A stretch of 55,404 nucleotides of DNA from an uncultured virus (IMG/VR IMGVR_UViG_3300010223_000002). Its lineage: Duplodnaviria > Heunggongvirae > Uroviricota > Caudoviricetes. A program made the position numbers and the translations under genes. Positions 19,056-30,013 of the stretch are shown here, in pieces (position 1 is the first letter of the stretch; each line of letters begins with the position of its first letter). The stretch lies in the IMG/VR virus record IMGVR_UViG_3300010223_000002; one strand, written 5' to 3'. The notes beneath the pieces were generated by a model. That model was not told where the DNA came from and made no database searches. It saw nothing but the letters and a program-made list of their open reading frames with translations.

Positions 19056-19399
19056 CTAATATAGTGTCGAAACTTCGTGTCCAATTCTCCAAAATAAAGT
19101 GTCTTTTGTTCAAAAGGACCCATCGTTGCGTTTGCGGCATGCAAGCCTATGATGATGAGTTTGTTTTGTCATCAACTCAAAAGTGGGTTATTACCGAACT
19201 TTTGCAAAATATATCTATGGGTTCTGTAAAACAGAGAGCTTTTTATTTGATCTATAAATGTGAAAAGAATAGTCTTTCTCTAGCTGAATGTGTGTATCTC
19301 TTAGATACATTTGATTTTCATAAGATGGATGATTTTTTTGATATTGATTGCGGATGTAGTATTTGTGAAAGATTAACTAAATATAATCCAGTTCATTGA
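19052..19399 (+). CDS. Cys-containing hypothetical protein
   Basis: ORF with ATGA overlap. Confidence 0.55.
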   Translation: MTNIVSKLRVQFSKIKCLLFKRTHRCVCGMQAYDDEFVLSSTQKWVITELLQNISMGSVKQRAFYLIYKCEKNSLSLAECVYLLDTFDFHKMDDFFDIDCGCSICERLTKYNPVH

Positions 19400-19653
19400 G
19401 GATGTAATGATAGTGTATTTAGAATTAAGAAGAAAGATTATTGCTAGTAAAAATGCTTGTTTTATTAGAAATCCACGTGTAATAACATTCAGAAATAGAT
19501 CTATGCATGGTTCTGGACGAGATTATCCAAGTGGTAAGTTATTTATGATACAAAGAACGTATCTCAAGTTTGAAATGAAGAAAAGATTGAAAAAGTCTGC
19601 TTATAGTAGGCGTAACACAAATTTCTGGTGGTGGTTTAAGTAAAGGGTGCGTC

Positions 19654-19857
19654 ATGAGTACGTTTAATGCATATAAGTGTGACAGATGTGGTAAAATTAG
19701 TAATGCTGACAATGAAAGTGAAAAAGGTCATGAGCTAACGGTTCAGCGTCGGCCCGTTACACAAGATATACCAAAAAAGTTTGATTTATGTTTTGATTGT
19801 TCTAAATTGTTTAATGAATGGATGGATAATAAACCACCCACTACTTACAAAGGTTAG
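19654..19857 (+). CDS. Small Zn-ribbon phage protein
   Basis: CDRCG...DLCFDC. Confidence 0.65.
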   Translation: MSTFNAYKCDRCGKISNADNESEKGHELTVQRRPVTQDIPKKFDLCFDCSKLFNEWMDNKPPTTYKG

Positions 19858-20109
19858 TTATGGCTACTGATCAATATTTAGTAACGATTAGGATTGATAG
19901 AGAGGATGATAAGGAAAGACTATCTGCTGATGAAGTTAATTCCATTATGTCGAAAGGGATTACAATTCAAGTTGTAGAAGGGGTAGATGCAGAAGTAATA
20001 GAGACAGTTTACATTGGTAACAAGGATGGTGACGAATGGTCTGAGTATTATTCAAAGGGTATGGAACAAATTAGAAATCAAAGAGCAGATAAATTTAATC
20101 GAAATAAGT

Positions 20110-20211
20110 AATTAAGGTTTTTGTGATGGCGATCAAGTCTCGGACTGGGTACCAAGCTTGTGTGGAAATAAGTTGAAACCTGCATTGGTCGTCATCATAA
20201 AGACTTTAATT
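20110..20211 (+). ncRNA. Candidate ~100-nt rod-shaped RNA
   Basis: 27 contiguous pairs between the ends, five of them G-U, plus an apical helix. Confidence 0.55.
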
Positions 20212-20221
20212 GGAGAGTGAG

Positions 20222-20512
20222 ATGATAAGGATTCAGAGAATATATACAATGCCACCTAATGATGTGCAACAAGTTGTTCATCGTATGGCATTGAAAATGA
20301 AAGAGGAATATGGATTAGATGCTAAATGGAAAAGTGCTACTTTGCTTGAATTTATGGGCACTGGTGCTAGCACTGGAGTTAGTGGAGATATCAATATATA
20401 TACGAATCCTAAGATGGTATTAATTAAAGTTGATTTGCCTTTTTTGTTGATTGGTTTGCAAGATACAATTAGAAAAGAAATAACCAAAACATTGGATGAA
20501 GAAGTGAGTTAG
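20222..20512 (+). CDS. Polyhydroxyalkanoic acid system (PHA granule region) family-like protein
   Basis: EYGLDAKW...LEFMGTG..GVSGDI...VDLPFLLIGL..TIRKEI...LD pattern. Confidence 0.6.
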   Translation: MIRIQRIYTMPPNDVQQVVHRMALKMKEEYGLDAKWKSATLLEFMGTGASTGVSGDINIYTNPKMVLIKVDLPFLLIGLQDTIRKEITKTLDEEVS

Positions 20513-21104
20513 CTATTCGGATATATGTCATCGTTTTTATTAGGCTTTGCCATAGGTATATTGTTTATGTATATTTTTGGAGGGAAAAGGGGTTCGTATG
20601 ATTGATGGCAGTGGTATTGCAGAAACAGCCGATCGTCTTAGATCGTTGTCGTATAAATACAGTGTAACTCCAAAACATATGGCTATGTGTCTTTTAGCAA
20701 TGGCCGATCTTATGGAACAGTATGGTGTAATTATAAATCCACATGATGGTACTAACATTGTTCAAGTTTTTAGGTTGTTAGCCAGGGAGCTTATGAGATG
20801 AATGTAGATAGAAAAACAATTCAATTAGATAGAGGTACTTTAGTCATAATATGTAGAGAATCATTGGATATGGATGAATTAGCTTCATTCGATCCTAAAA
20901 AAACCAAAATGCCACAGAGTTACATTTTAATAGGAACAGATGAGCAACATTTGTCTAGAATAGACGGAATAGAACTGGAGTTGTTAAGTAGTATTATTCA
21001 AATAGTAAAAAACAGCGGTATGGGTAATATGCTTGGTAATCCGGCACCCTTGGGAATGAATAGAGTTTACTAAATCATAGATTGGTAAGTGAGGATAAAC
21101 TGCA

Positions 21105-21524
21105 ATGATGAAAACACACTATCTAAAAGTTTGGACCAAACAGTTTGACGCGGTTCGTCGTGGCGCAAAGACGCACGAAGTGCGTAAGGGTGATAAGGAT
21201 TATCGTGCTGGAGACATTATAATTCTTAGAGAATTCGATCCTAATGAAAGAGTGTATACAGGTAAATGTATTGAAGTACAAATTACGTTTACTACAAGAG
21301 GTGGAACGTTTGGAATTCCAGCGGACATATGTGTAATGAGCATTAGACGTATAAATCCTGCAATGGATTTTGACAAGTTAGTTAGTGATATGCCACAAGA
21401 GTCTAGACCATTTTTTATGAGGGAAGATGGAGGTCAAAATAACTATAATGATGATGAAGAAGAAGAAGATGATGTAGATATTGATGTAGAAGATGGGGAT
21501 GATGAAGGGGTTGGTAATAAGTAA
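21105..21524 (+). CDS. DUF3850/ASCH (PUA-like) domain protein with acidic tail
   Basis: HYLKVW..QFDAVRRGAKTHEVRKGDKDYRAGD..ILREF...YTG; D/E-rich C-terminus. Confidence 0.8.
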   Translation: MMKTHYLKVWTKQFDAVRRGAKTHEVRKGDKDYRAGDIIILREFDPNERVYTGKCIEVQITFTTRGGTFGIPADICVMSIRRINPAMDFDKLVSDMPQESRPFFMREDGGQNNYNDDEEEEDDVDIDVEDGDDEGVGNK

Positions 21525-22074
21525 TATACAAGATGGAGATTATATTTAAACAATATAAGCGTGTTGGAAATGGAAGAAGTTCCAAGATATATTTTGATAT
21601 AACAGTTGATGAATTGCCCCCGGATGATGAACTAATGGATGCCATATACAACGTTCAGATTGATATGGGTTATCATCCGGGTGGTTATGGCGGCCCTAAT
21701 GATGTAAAGTCAAATAATATAGAGATTGCAGAAGGTCTTGGACACGTACATAATATAACGTGGAATTGTTTTGGGAGTAGTGATTAATATGAGTGATAAA
21801 GTTGCAGATGCTATATATCTAGAGCAAAATTAACAGCTGAAGAAATAGAACCTAAAGAATGTCATATACATGGTAAGGAACCTGATCCTAATTGTGATGA
21901 GTGTATTAAGTTTATTGGAGAATGGTTAGCACATTCATATTTAGCTTTGAATATAGAACAGGTAGAAAGAGATAATGATCAATTGGATGCATTTGTAAAA
22001 TTGTGTAAAGAAGGCTGCAAACCACTTGATACATTAGAAGAATTCATTAATTTCGTTTCTAAGAAATGAACGTA

Positions 22075-22148
22075 GGGTCAATAACTCAACTAGGTAGAGT
22101 AACGGACTTTTAATCCGTAAGTTGCGGGTTCGATTCCCGCTTGACCCA
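22075..22148 (+). tRNA. tRNA-Lys(TTT)
   Basis: Cloverleaf GGGTCAA/TTGACCC; loop CT-TTT-AA; followed by CTA. Confidence 0.93.
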
Positions 22149-22157
22149 CTAAATGCT

Positions 22158-22712
22158 ATGAATAAAAGCTCCTCAATACACAGAGCATGTTTTCAAAAAC
22201 AGCAGTCTTTTCTTAATAAAAGAAAGCGTAAGTATGATTTAATTAGAAAAAAGAGTCGTAAACAACATTTGAAAGATGTATACGCATATTCTCCTCAAGT
22301 AAGTAAAGCTCTTAGGCCGTGGTTTTTGAGTATTGAAACAACTAATGATTATGATGTATTTGTAAAACTAGGTTGGTTTGGTTCTCAAATTAGAATAGAT
22401 ATTTATAAAATATTTAGAGAATATTACAAATTTGAACGTGGTGAAATCAGTGATACTTGTAATAATGAGAAAATAACAGTATATTTTGATGATGTTGTTA
22501 GTGAATTCAAATGTGAAGTACCAACTGAATTAGTAATTGAAGTCGTAAGATTTATGCGGCAGATGAATAGATTCAATGAAACTATTGCTGTTGAATACTT
22601 TAGATACTATACAAGAGAAGAAAAGAAGCGTTTCGTTAGATATAAATGGTGTAAAAGAAATATGTATAAGAGAAAACAGGGTAGTCATGATAGATGGATA
22701 TGTAGAAATTAA
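22158..22712 (+). CDS. Hypothetical protein
   Basis: ORF; start moved downstream of tRNA-Lys. Confidence 0.55.
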   Translation: MNKSSSIHRACFQKQQSFLNKRKRKYDLIRKKSRKQHLKDVYAYSPQVSKALRPWFLSIETTNDYDVFVKLGWFGSQIRIDIYKIFREYYKFERGEISDTCNNEKITVYFDDVVSEFKCEVPTELVIEVVRFMRQMNRFNETIAVEYFRYYTREEKKRFVRYKWCKRNMYKRKQGSHDRWICRN

Positions 22713-22958
22713 AAGAAAATAATTTAGATGGCATGATAGGTGGTCAAATGGGTGAATTAAAAGGTTTTGAAGTTAAAAATCCACTTGGTATAAAGCAAGC
22801 GTCATCACAACCTGCTAGCAATATATGTTCCAAGTGTGGAATTGCTTTAGGTGATAGCTTTAAGAAGCATCAGATAGTTAGACATACGTGTGGAGAATAT
22901 ATGCGTATTACCAATCTAATTTGGGCAGAACGTGTTAGTCCATTAGAAATTCAGTAGC

Positions 22959-23708
22959 ATGAATAACGAGTATATAGAGGAATGCATTAAGTTAGGTTTG
23001 CCCTTAGATGGGAATTTTGATTCTTTTCTTTTTTCAAATTTTGATAAATTTCGTGCTTTGTATGAAGGTAGAAGAAGGCTTTGTGCTAAGTATTCTTGGG
23101 CAATTCCTAATGATGAAGCTATAAGTGAATGTGTAGTGCGTTCACCTTTGGTTGAAATGGGGGCTGGAACGGGCTACTGGGCGAGACTTATTAAAGAAGC
23201 TGGCGGTGATATTGTAGCATATGATATGCAACCTGTAAGATATCTTAATTACTATCATAGAACAGTAGAATTTACCCCTACATTCTTTAATGTAAAAAAG
23301 GGATTACCGACACAACTTCGTAAATACAAGGGAAGAACATTATTGCTTTGTTGGCCGCCTTATAATGATTACATGGCATTTGAATCCATTTTACATTATA
23401 AAGGAGATACTTTAATATTCATTGGGGAAGAATATGGATGCACTGGTGATAGCCTTTTCTTTGATATATTGAGAAGAAATTGGAAATGTGTTAAGCATGT
23501 CAGAATTCCTACTTGGGAAGGAATACATGACATGTTATATGTATACAAACGAGTTATTAAAACTAACTACAGATTAGAGAAAAAGAAGATAAATAAGAAT
23601 AGAAAAGAGCTAATTAAAAAACATAAAAAACTTCTTGGCAGTCATATGCGATGGAGTGCGGTAGCTGTCAATAAGTGTTTTATGTCTTTATGGTGTAGTC
23701 ATGTATGA
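22959..23708 (+). CDS. Class I SAM-dependent methyltransferase-like protein
   Basis: WAIP, VEMGAGTGYWA (motif I), AYD, LLLCWPPY, IFIGE...TGD. Confidence 0.8.
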   Translation: MNNEYIEECIKLGLPLDGNFDSFLFSNFDKFRALYEGRRRLCAKYSWAIPNDEAISECVVRSPLVEMGAGTGYWARLIKEAGGDIVAYDMQPVRYLNYYHRTVEFTPTFFNVKKGLPTQLRKYKGRTLLLCWPPYNDYMAFESILHYKGDTLIFIGEEYGCTGDSLFFDILRRNWKCVKHVRIPTWEGIHDMLYVYKRVIKTNYRLEKKKINKNRKELIKKHKKLLGSHMRWSAVAVNKCFMSLWCSHV

Positions 23709-24498
23709 ACATACAACATTCGACAAGCAAGAAAAAGACCTTTGGATAACATTATATGTAAATATGCTTAGGCGTTGCATGCCTGAATTAACAGCAATGC
23801 AATTAGCGGATAAAGAATTACCTGATGAAACTAAATATATAGATTGGGCAGAAAAAGAAGCTACTGCATCTGTCCAAAGACTTAGATTAGCTGAAAAGAA
23901 ATTATGTGAATGTGATAAATGTAGGCATTATAGAATATAAAATGAGTAGTCATAATTGTAGATATTGTGGTAAAAAAGCTACTCGTTGGTCTGGAGTAGA
24001 TATATATGTTTTTGATTTCAAAACTGGTATATTAGTTTGTATTGGACCAGGTTATTGTTGTGATGATTGTGACAAGGATAATAATTGGATTCCTATTGGA
24101 GAAAAAAGATGTTGGTCTAAATATGAAAAACAAAAGCGTCAAAGAGTTAGATCGTCAGACATTCTGAAAAAGTTACAAGAATCCGGTGATGGGCAGGGAG
24201 AAGATGGGGAAGTTGCAACTTTGGACGAAGATGGAATATAAAACATATTAATTGATATTTGTTGATTATCAATCAGTGGTTAATAATTCATGATTGACAA
24301 GTTAGATAAAAAGGTGGAATCGGTTTTTACAGGCATGAGATATGCCGCTTGTCAAATAGGTAATAGGAATTTTTTAACACAAGAAGAATTTAGTTATTTT
24401 TTGATTATGGAATCAGATCTATATCGAATGCTATTAGGTGTAAGTGTAGTGGGACTTGGAGCCGTAGTTGCTCTTACAACAATGATGAGGAGTAAGAC

Positions 24499-25134
24499 AT
24501 GATTATTATCCAACAACAGGCGAATATCGAAAGAATGCATGAACCTGCTGTCATTATGGCAGACTTGGAAAAGTGGGCTAGACTAGCGTATAAATCAGAA
24601 GAAAAGATTGGCCCTGGTACTGCTGAGAAGATGATTCGTAATCTTCTTACTAAAAAGCCTATTCCTCATGAAAGTCCTATTGAACATCATGTAATGACGG
24701 CAAGGTTTATTACCTGTCGTGGTATGACACATGAGATGGTTCGCCATCGTTTAGCTAGTTATACACAAGAATCTACTCGTTATTGCAATTACAGTAAAGG
24801 TAAGTTTGGTTCTCAGATTACTGTAATTGAACCTCATGGAATTAAGAACCATCAATTTAGATATAATGAATGGAAAGAAGCAATGGCAGATGCCGAAAGG
24901 CATTATTTCAATCTTATTAATATGGGAGAAAAGCCACAAATTGCTCGTGGTGCTCTTACTATTGATTTGAAGACAGAAATCATTATGACATGTAATCTAC
25001 GTCAATGGATGCATGTTTTTAGACTAAGGACAGATAGCGCAGCCCATCCACAGATGCAAGAGCTTATGGGTATGCTTTATGATCAAGTAAGTGCAAAGCT
25101 ACCTGTTATCTTTCCACCTAAGTACATTGCATAA
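24499..25134 (+). CDS. thyX: Flavin-dependent thymidylate synthase
   Basis: HESPIEH, THEMVRHRLASYTQESTRY, NLRQWMHVFRLR, AHPQM. Confidence 0.96.
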   Translation: MIIIQQQANIERMHEPAVIMADLEKWARLAYKSEEKIGPGTAEKMIRNLLTKKPIPHESPIEHHVMTARFITCRGMTHEMVRHRLASYTQESTRYCNYSKGKFGSQITVIEPHGIKNHQFRYNEWKEAMADAERHYFNLINMGEKPQIARGALTIDLKTEIIMTCNLRQWMHVFRLRTDSAAHPQMQELMGMLYDQVSAKLPVIFPPKYIA

Positions 25135-25400
25135 GTTTTGGAAGGAAAGAGTTATGTCTAACCTAATTATAGAGTACGATGAAAAGGGCATTAGAGATGC
25201 AGTATTATCTGATGCTATAGATAAATTTAGTAAAAAGTTCAAGGGGAAGATTAAGGTAGACGAATCAAACTTAAACGTAAAAGTTCAAGTGGAAGAAGTT
25301 TCAGAAGGGTATGGTATGAATGAATATATAGTACATAAAGTTAAAGCTGTAGCTTCTTTGACAGATATAGATATAAGTGAAATGTGAATAGAGGTACGAT

Positions 25401-25928
25401 ATGAAGCACGCAAGACCTGATTATAATCGTATTCAAGATCCAGAAAACAAGATTCCTCAAGATGAGCCTGTTTTTGTTATAAGAGGACAGGACAAAGCGG
25501 GGGCAGCAGCTGTCAGAGCATGGGCCGCGATAAATAAAGCTGTAGGTGGTGATCCATATCTTTCTAAATTGGCTATTGAACATGCTGATTTGATGGATTC
25601 GTGGCACAAGAAAAAGACTTCTGATTACAAAAACAGAGACACTATTCCATGCGAGCCATTTTTCGATTGTAATGAAATGCTAGAAAAAATAGCAGATGAC
25701 GTTTGTGCTTTATTCCAAACTGAACCGCACAGTCATGGTGGCGTTTCCTTGTCGATAGGTCCGGTTTACATGAATTCACAATTTCAACCATCAGTTGTAG
25801 ACGGAATAAAAAGATATGTAAGAAACACAATTTTTGGTCGCACTACGCAAACATGCACAGATATCAAGTCTAAATCAGCTAGTTGCACTAGAATAACGAA
25901 AGCAGATTTGGAAGATATTTCAGTGTAA
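25401..25928 (+). CDS. Phage hypothetical protein
   Basis: IPQDEPVFVIRGQD motif. Confidence 0.6.
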   Translation: MKHARPDYNRIQDPENKIPQDEPVFVIRGQDKAGAAAVRAWAAINKAVGGDPYLSKLAIEHADLMDSWHKKKTSDYKNRDTIPCEPFFDCNEMLEKIADDVCALFQTEPHSHGGVSLSIGPVYMNSQFQPSVVDGIKRYVRNTIFGRTTQTCTDIKSKSASCTRITKADLEDISV

Positions 25929-26329
25929 AATAGAGGAATGATTAATGAATAGCAATAGGTATATTGATGGAAAATGTTGCTAAATTGAATATAAGATGGT
26001 TTAAAAGCAACAGTCATGTATATGGAACTTCTTATCATTTAGAAACGTATTCTACGAAAAATACTAGTGGTAGATATATTGCGCTTAATGGTTTGTCTAT
26101 CATTGGGTCAGTTAGGCGCTCTGAGAAAAAGCAAAGGAAATTAAAATGGAATTGGACTATTATAGTTGCTATTGACGATTATGATTACAGCCTTCATGTA
26201 AGTAAAAAGGCAGCAAAAGCAGAAATTGCAATGGATGAAGCTTATCAATGTTTGCTTGGACTATGTTTACTTGCAAAACTTGAGTTAGAATTCGAAATGG
26301 ATAATAAAGTTTACAATAAAAGGTGAATC

Positions 26330-26596
26330 ATGAAAGTAACATTAGTACATCCTAAAGCGCAAACTTTCATCGTGTCTGCGCAGGTAGAAGGTGGCGATAA
26401 CACCGAGATGCATGACAATTTCGCCAAATGCATCGCACTTTTTAGAGGATTAGACAATAAGATAGTTGTTGAAAATGTTGATTTAGTAAAACCAGAAGAT
26501 AGAATTGCTATCACATTTACATGTCCATATGATTACACAAAGGTGAAGGATAGACTAAATAAATACTTTACAGAACATGGATTTGGCGTAGAATGA
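26330..26596 (+). CDS. Hypothetical protein
   Basis: ORF with AGGTG RBS. Confidence 0.6.
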   Translation: MKVTLVHPKAQTFIVSAQVEGGDNTEMHDNFAKCIALFRGLDNKIVVENVDLVKPEDRIAITFTCPYDYTKVKDRLNKYFTEHGFGVE

Positions 26597-27349
26597 ATAA
26601 GAAAAAGTACACGGCTCCTAAACTTACTCCAATTCCAAAAGAGGACTTGAAGATAGAAGCAAATTACATATTAGTTGGTTCTATTAGAATTCAATTACAT
26701 ACACCAAACGGTATGCTTGAATCTACAATACCAAATCCATTGGCAAAACATGGTCAAAAAGAAAATAAATAAACCTAGCAAGGTTATAAATAAAAGGTAT
26801 AAAAGAAAGCCCAATTTACCTAAGAAAAATGTTAAAAAGAAAAGTGGAATTCAATTAGCAGTAGATGTTGGATTTGCCATCTTGGAGAGCCCCGAAGCCA
26901 GTCATTTTGTTGGATTATGTTTTAAAGTATTTGGTCAAGCCCTTTGTCAACATTCTGAGATTATAAAAGCAGAAGCAAAAGATCCATTGAAATTGTTAAA
27001 TATAGAACAAGGAGAAAAGAAAAATGTCTGATGCTGATAAAAGCTATAATGCAAAAGATTTTGAAGTTTGGTTCAAAAAGGAATTTAAATAATGTCTACC
27101 CGTATTAAGATGTTGGTTTTGTGGCTGCATCGAATATAATGTGTATTTGAAGGATGAAGATAGCAATTTTGTCACTATGATCAAATGTACAAAATGTAGT
27201 GAGCCTGTATATCTAAGCGCTAAGTTAGAAAAGAAACAAAAATGCGTTAATTGTGAGTTTTTTGATCAGATCAAACCTCGTCGAGCATATTGTGCAGCAT
27301 TAGATACGTTTCATAATGAAGATGATTACTGCACTCAATTTAGTGCAAA

Positions 27350-27385
27350 GTCGGATAAACCATCGGAGTCGGATAAACCATCGGA
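27350..27385 (+). repeat. 18-nt tandem duplication (SDKPSE x2 in ORF 27141..27461)
   Basis: GTCGGATAAACCATCGGA x2. Confidence 0.85.
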
Positions 27386-27402
27386 ACAAACGGAGAATGA
27401 AA

Positions 27403-28404
27403 ATGAGAACGATCGGTCAATACTCGGAAGCAGTTCAGATCCTGGTAAGCAGACTACGTAATGCTAAAGTAGAAACAAGAAAAAGACTTTCAACTGCACT
27501 TTTTCAAGGTCTGTTAGCTAAGGAGCATGGAGGCAAAGTTAAAAGAGATATCCATAGACTACTGCTTGATATATATCCAGAGATTCAAAACAATAGATAT
27601 AACATGTGTGGCAATTGCTTCACTATTGTAGATAACGTTCATAATCGTTGTGAAAAATGCGGTAGGGAAGGCATTGATTATTATGCTGTTTATTTTGGGA
27701 CAGAGGTAGCAATATCGTCCCCTACCTACCCACCCACTGAAATCGGCACGCGCCCGGACGCAATCACGCCTAAAACGCCGCGCCGCAAGGCCCATGGTCG
27801 CTTGCCCATGTCCAGTCCCGCGCCCCGTCAGCAGTCGATTTTTAATGATCCCGCGAAAGCAGTTTTAGATAAAAAATGGCAAGACGAAGTTTACATGAGC
27901 ATTGCTGAAGAAGCTTATCATTTGTGCCACAGTATACTTCAAGAATACATAAATATAGATTTTTGTCCTGGATTTTATCCTTTCCCTATTAATCCAGTAG
28001 TTAGGCTAGAACTTGATCCTCAGTTCAGAAAATATCAAGATAGCGATGTAAATATATTAGTATTAAGTAGTGCGACAGTTCTTATTAATGATAAACTGCA
28101 TTATATTCATCCAGAACTAAATGGAGATATTCTAAAAGCAGAACATCCTCTTATGATACATCTTCCTCAAGGAAGTCCAGTTGAAATATTTTCAGAATTG
28201 CCAGATGGTCAAAAGCGTTGCGTAAGAGCTACTAAATATAAAGATAGAAGTATTATTCGCTATTGGATTCATGAAGTGGGCGGAAGGGACGTGCAAGAGG
28301 GAGAAGTAATATATCAAGTACATGGGCAACGAATTGTACAGATTAATAAGAATGAATACTGGAGAGCACTTGTAAAAATGGGAAAACGACGTCCTAAATT
28401 TTAA
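27403..28404 (+). CDS. Hypothetical protein with Zn ribbon and Pro-rich linker
   Basis: CGNC...CEKC; GGAG RBS before ATG 27403. Confidence 0.6.
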   Translation: MRTIGQYSEAVQILVSRLRNAKVETRKRLSTALFQGLLAKEHGGKVKRDIHRLLLDIYPEIQNNRYNMCGNCFTIVDNVHNRCEKCGREGIDYYAVYFGTEVAISSPTYPPTEIGTRPDAITPKTPRRKAHGRLPMSSPAPRQQSIFNDPAKAVLDKKWQDEVYMSIAEEAYHLCHSILQEYINIDFCPGFYPFPINPVVRLELDPQFRKYQDSDVNILVLSSATVLINDKLHYIHPELNGDILKAEHPLMIHLPQGSPVEIFSELPDGQKRCVRATKYKDRSIIRYWIHEVGGRDVQEGEVIYQVHGQRIVQINKNEYWRALVKMGKRRPKF

Positions 28405-28456
28405 CTGAGATCTTGAGTCTCTCACCTTAGCCCTGCATATGGGGCAAGGTGGGAGA
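28403..28456 (+). promoter_or_regulatory. Third copy of AACTGAGATCTTGAG followed by a GC-rich hairpin
   Basis: 15-mer identical to the 7816-7830 arm; TCTCTCACCTT/AAGGTGGGAGA stem. Confidence 0.55.
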
Positions 28457-28479
28457 GCTAATCATTCAAAGGTGTTATT

Positions 28480-28830
28480 ATGGATATTATAGACGAAATA
28501 GTAGATTTGGCTAGATTGGCATATGAGTCCAATCCATTTGAAGCCGATGATTTAATAACCAAAATATCAAGTCGTGTATCTTCTGAGTATAAACTTGGAA
28601 GAGTTTTGTCTATGGAAATAGCTAGACTAAGATGTGATTACAAATCAAAAAAAGAGCATGACAATTCTATTATTGAGGATATGCAAGAAAAAATAAATGA
28701 ACTAACAGCAGAAAATGAACATTTACTGTCAGTAATAGACGAAGGTAAAGAAATCGGTAAAGAAGTGATAGGGCTAATTGATCCAGATTTATACAACGAA
28801 ATTATAGAATCAACAAAAGTCAGAGATTGA
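28480..28830 (+). CDS. Coiled-coil hypothetical protein
   Basis: ORF with AGGTG RBS. Confidence 0.6.
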   Translation: MDIIDEIVDLARLAYESNPFEADDLITKISSRVSSEYKLGRVLSMEIARLRCDYKSKKEHDNSIIEDMQEKINELTAENEHLLSVIDEGKEIGKEVIGLIDPDLYNEIIESTKVRD

Positions 28831-29070
28831 TATGACATATATAACAATAATTACATTACTCGGAATAACAACTATTCAATTCATTTTGTTACATAAGATA
28901 ATTACTATCATAAATTTGCAACATGAAAGGCTTAATACACAAAATGAAAGACTTGAATTACATTATGATAGACTTAACAATCATGAAAATATAATTACTC
29001 AATTAGCCAATTGTGAGATAGTTAAACAACACCAAAATACAAATACGCATCATTGAATATGGTAGGACTA

Positions 29071-29466
29071 ATGACTAAGTTTAAACTTCCAACTATGAAA
29101 TGTGATTCCGAGTGCGGCGCGTGCTGCGGCATCGTGCCCGTAACAGCGAAAGAATATGAACGAATACTGCAATTCGTTTGGAATAATAATGTCAAATTAA
29201 AAGAACAAGGTTCAACTTGTCCATTCTATAATGGTCAATGTACTATCTATTCGGTTAGACCACTTATATGTAGGATTTTTGGACATTCTCCTAGACTTTC
29301 TTGCAAAAAAGGATATAATGTAAACGTTCCAGATCGAAAACTAAGAAAATTAATAGCTAAAAATGGAGAAGCAATTAGGGTTCTACATGATATGATATCA
29401 GTCGTGAATGGAACTAAGCCAATGGATGTTAAATCACTGATTCAAACGGAATTGCAAAATGGATGA
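29071..29466 (+). CDS. YkgJ-family Cys-cluster (Zn/Fe-chelating) protein
   Basis: CxxxCGACC, CPFY..GQCTIYSVRPLICR. Confidence 0.85.
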   Translation: MTKFKLPTMKCDSECGACCGIVPVTAKEYERILQFVWNNNVKLKEQGSTCPFYNGQCTIYSVRPLICRIFGHSPRLSCKKGYNVNVPDRKLRKLIAKNGEAIRVLHDMISVVNGTKPMDVKSLIQTELQNG

Positions 29467-30013
29467 TTATTTACTAACATTAGACGATATTCAATCACAA
29501 GCAGATGTTTGGCTATTCCATAACTATCAAAGTTGTGGTCCTGCTCAGTATAATGATACATTAGCATCATTAGCTAGTATCGTTGAAGAAAGTGGAGAAC
29601 TAATAGAAGCTGTTACTGATAAAAACGATATGCGAGCGCTTAGAGAATCTCAAGATGCCATTGGCGACATAATGATAGGTTGTATTTGTTATGCTGTGAA
29701 TGAACAATGGAATTTTTCTGAAATCTTTGCTGAAAGAGGAAGTAAAAAGATAGAGTCTAGTCCTGAAAATTTACTTGTCATTTTAAGCAAACTATCCAGA
29801 GCAACTTTGAAGGGTAAAGTTCAATACCCTATGAGAAGAGAAGAATATGAAATAAAAGCTGTTAAAGCTATGAAACAACTATTTAGATGGCTAGAATTCA
29901 GCATTCCGGCTCGAGATATAGTAGCTTTTACATGGGAGTCTTGGAAGGAAGTTAGGACTAGAGTCTATGGTCCTAATCACGGAACCATAGAACCATATAA
30001 ATGGAGTGTATAG
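29459..30013 (+). CDS. MazG-like NTP pyrophosphohydrolase domain protein
   Basis: IVEESGELIEA...QDAIGDI acidic helical motif. Confidence 0.6.
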   Translation: MDDYLLTLDDIQSQADVWLFHNYQSCGPAQYNDTLASLASIVEESGELIEAVTDKNDMRALRESQDAIGDIMIGCICYAVNEQWNFSEIFAERGSKKIESSPENLLVILSKLSRATLKGKVQYPMRREEYEIKAVKAMKQLFRWLEFSIPARDIVAFTWESWKEVRTRVYGPNHGTIEPYKWSV

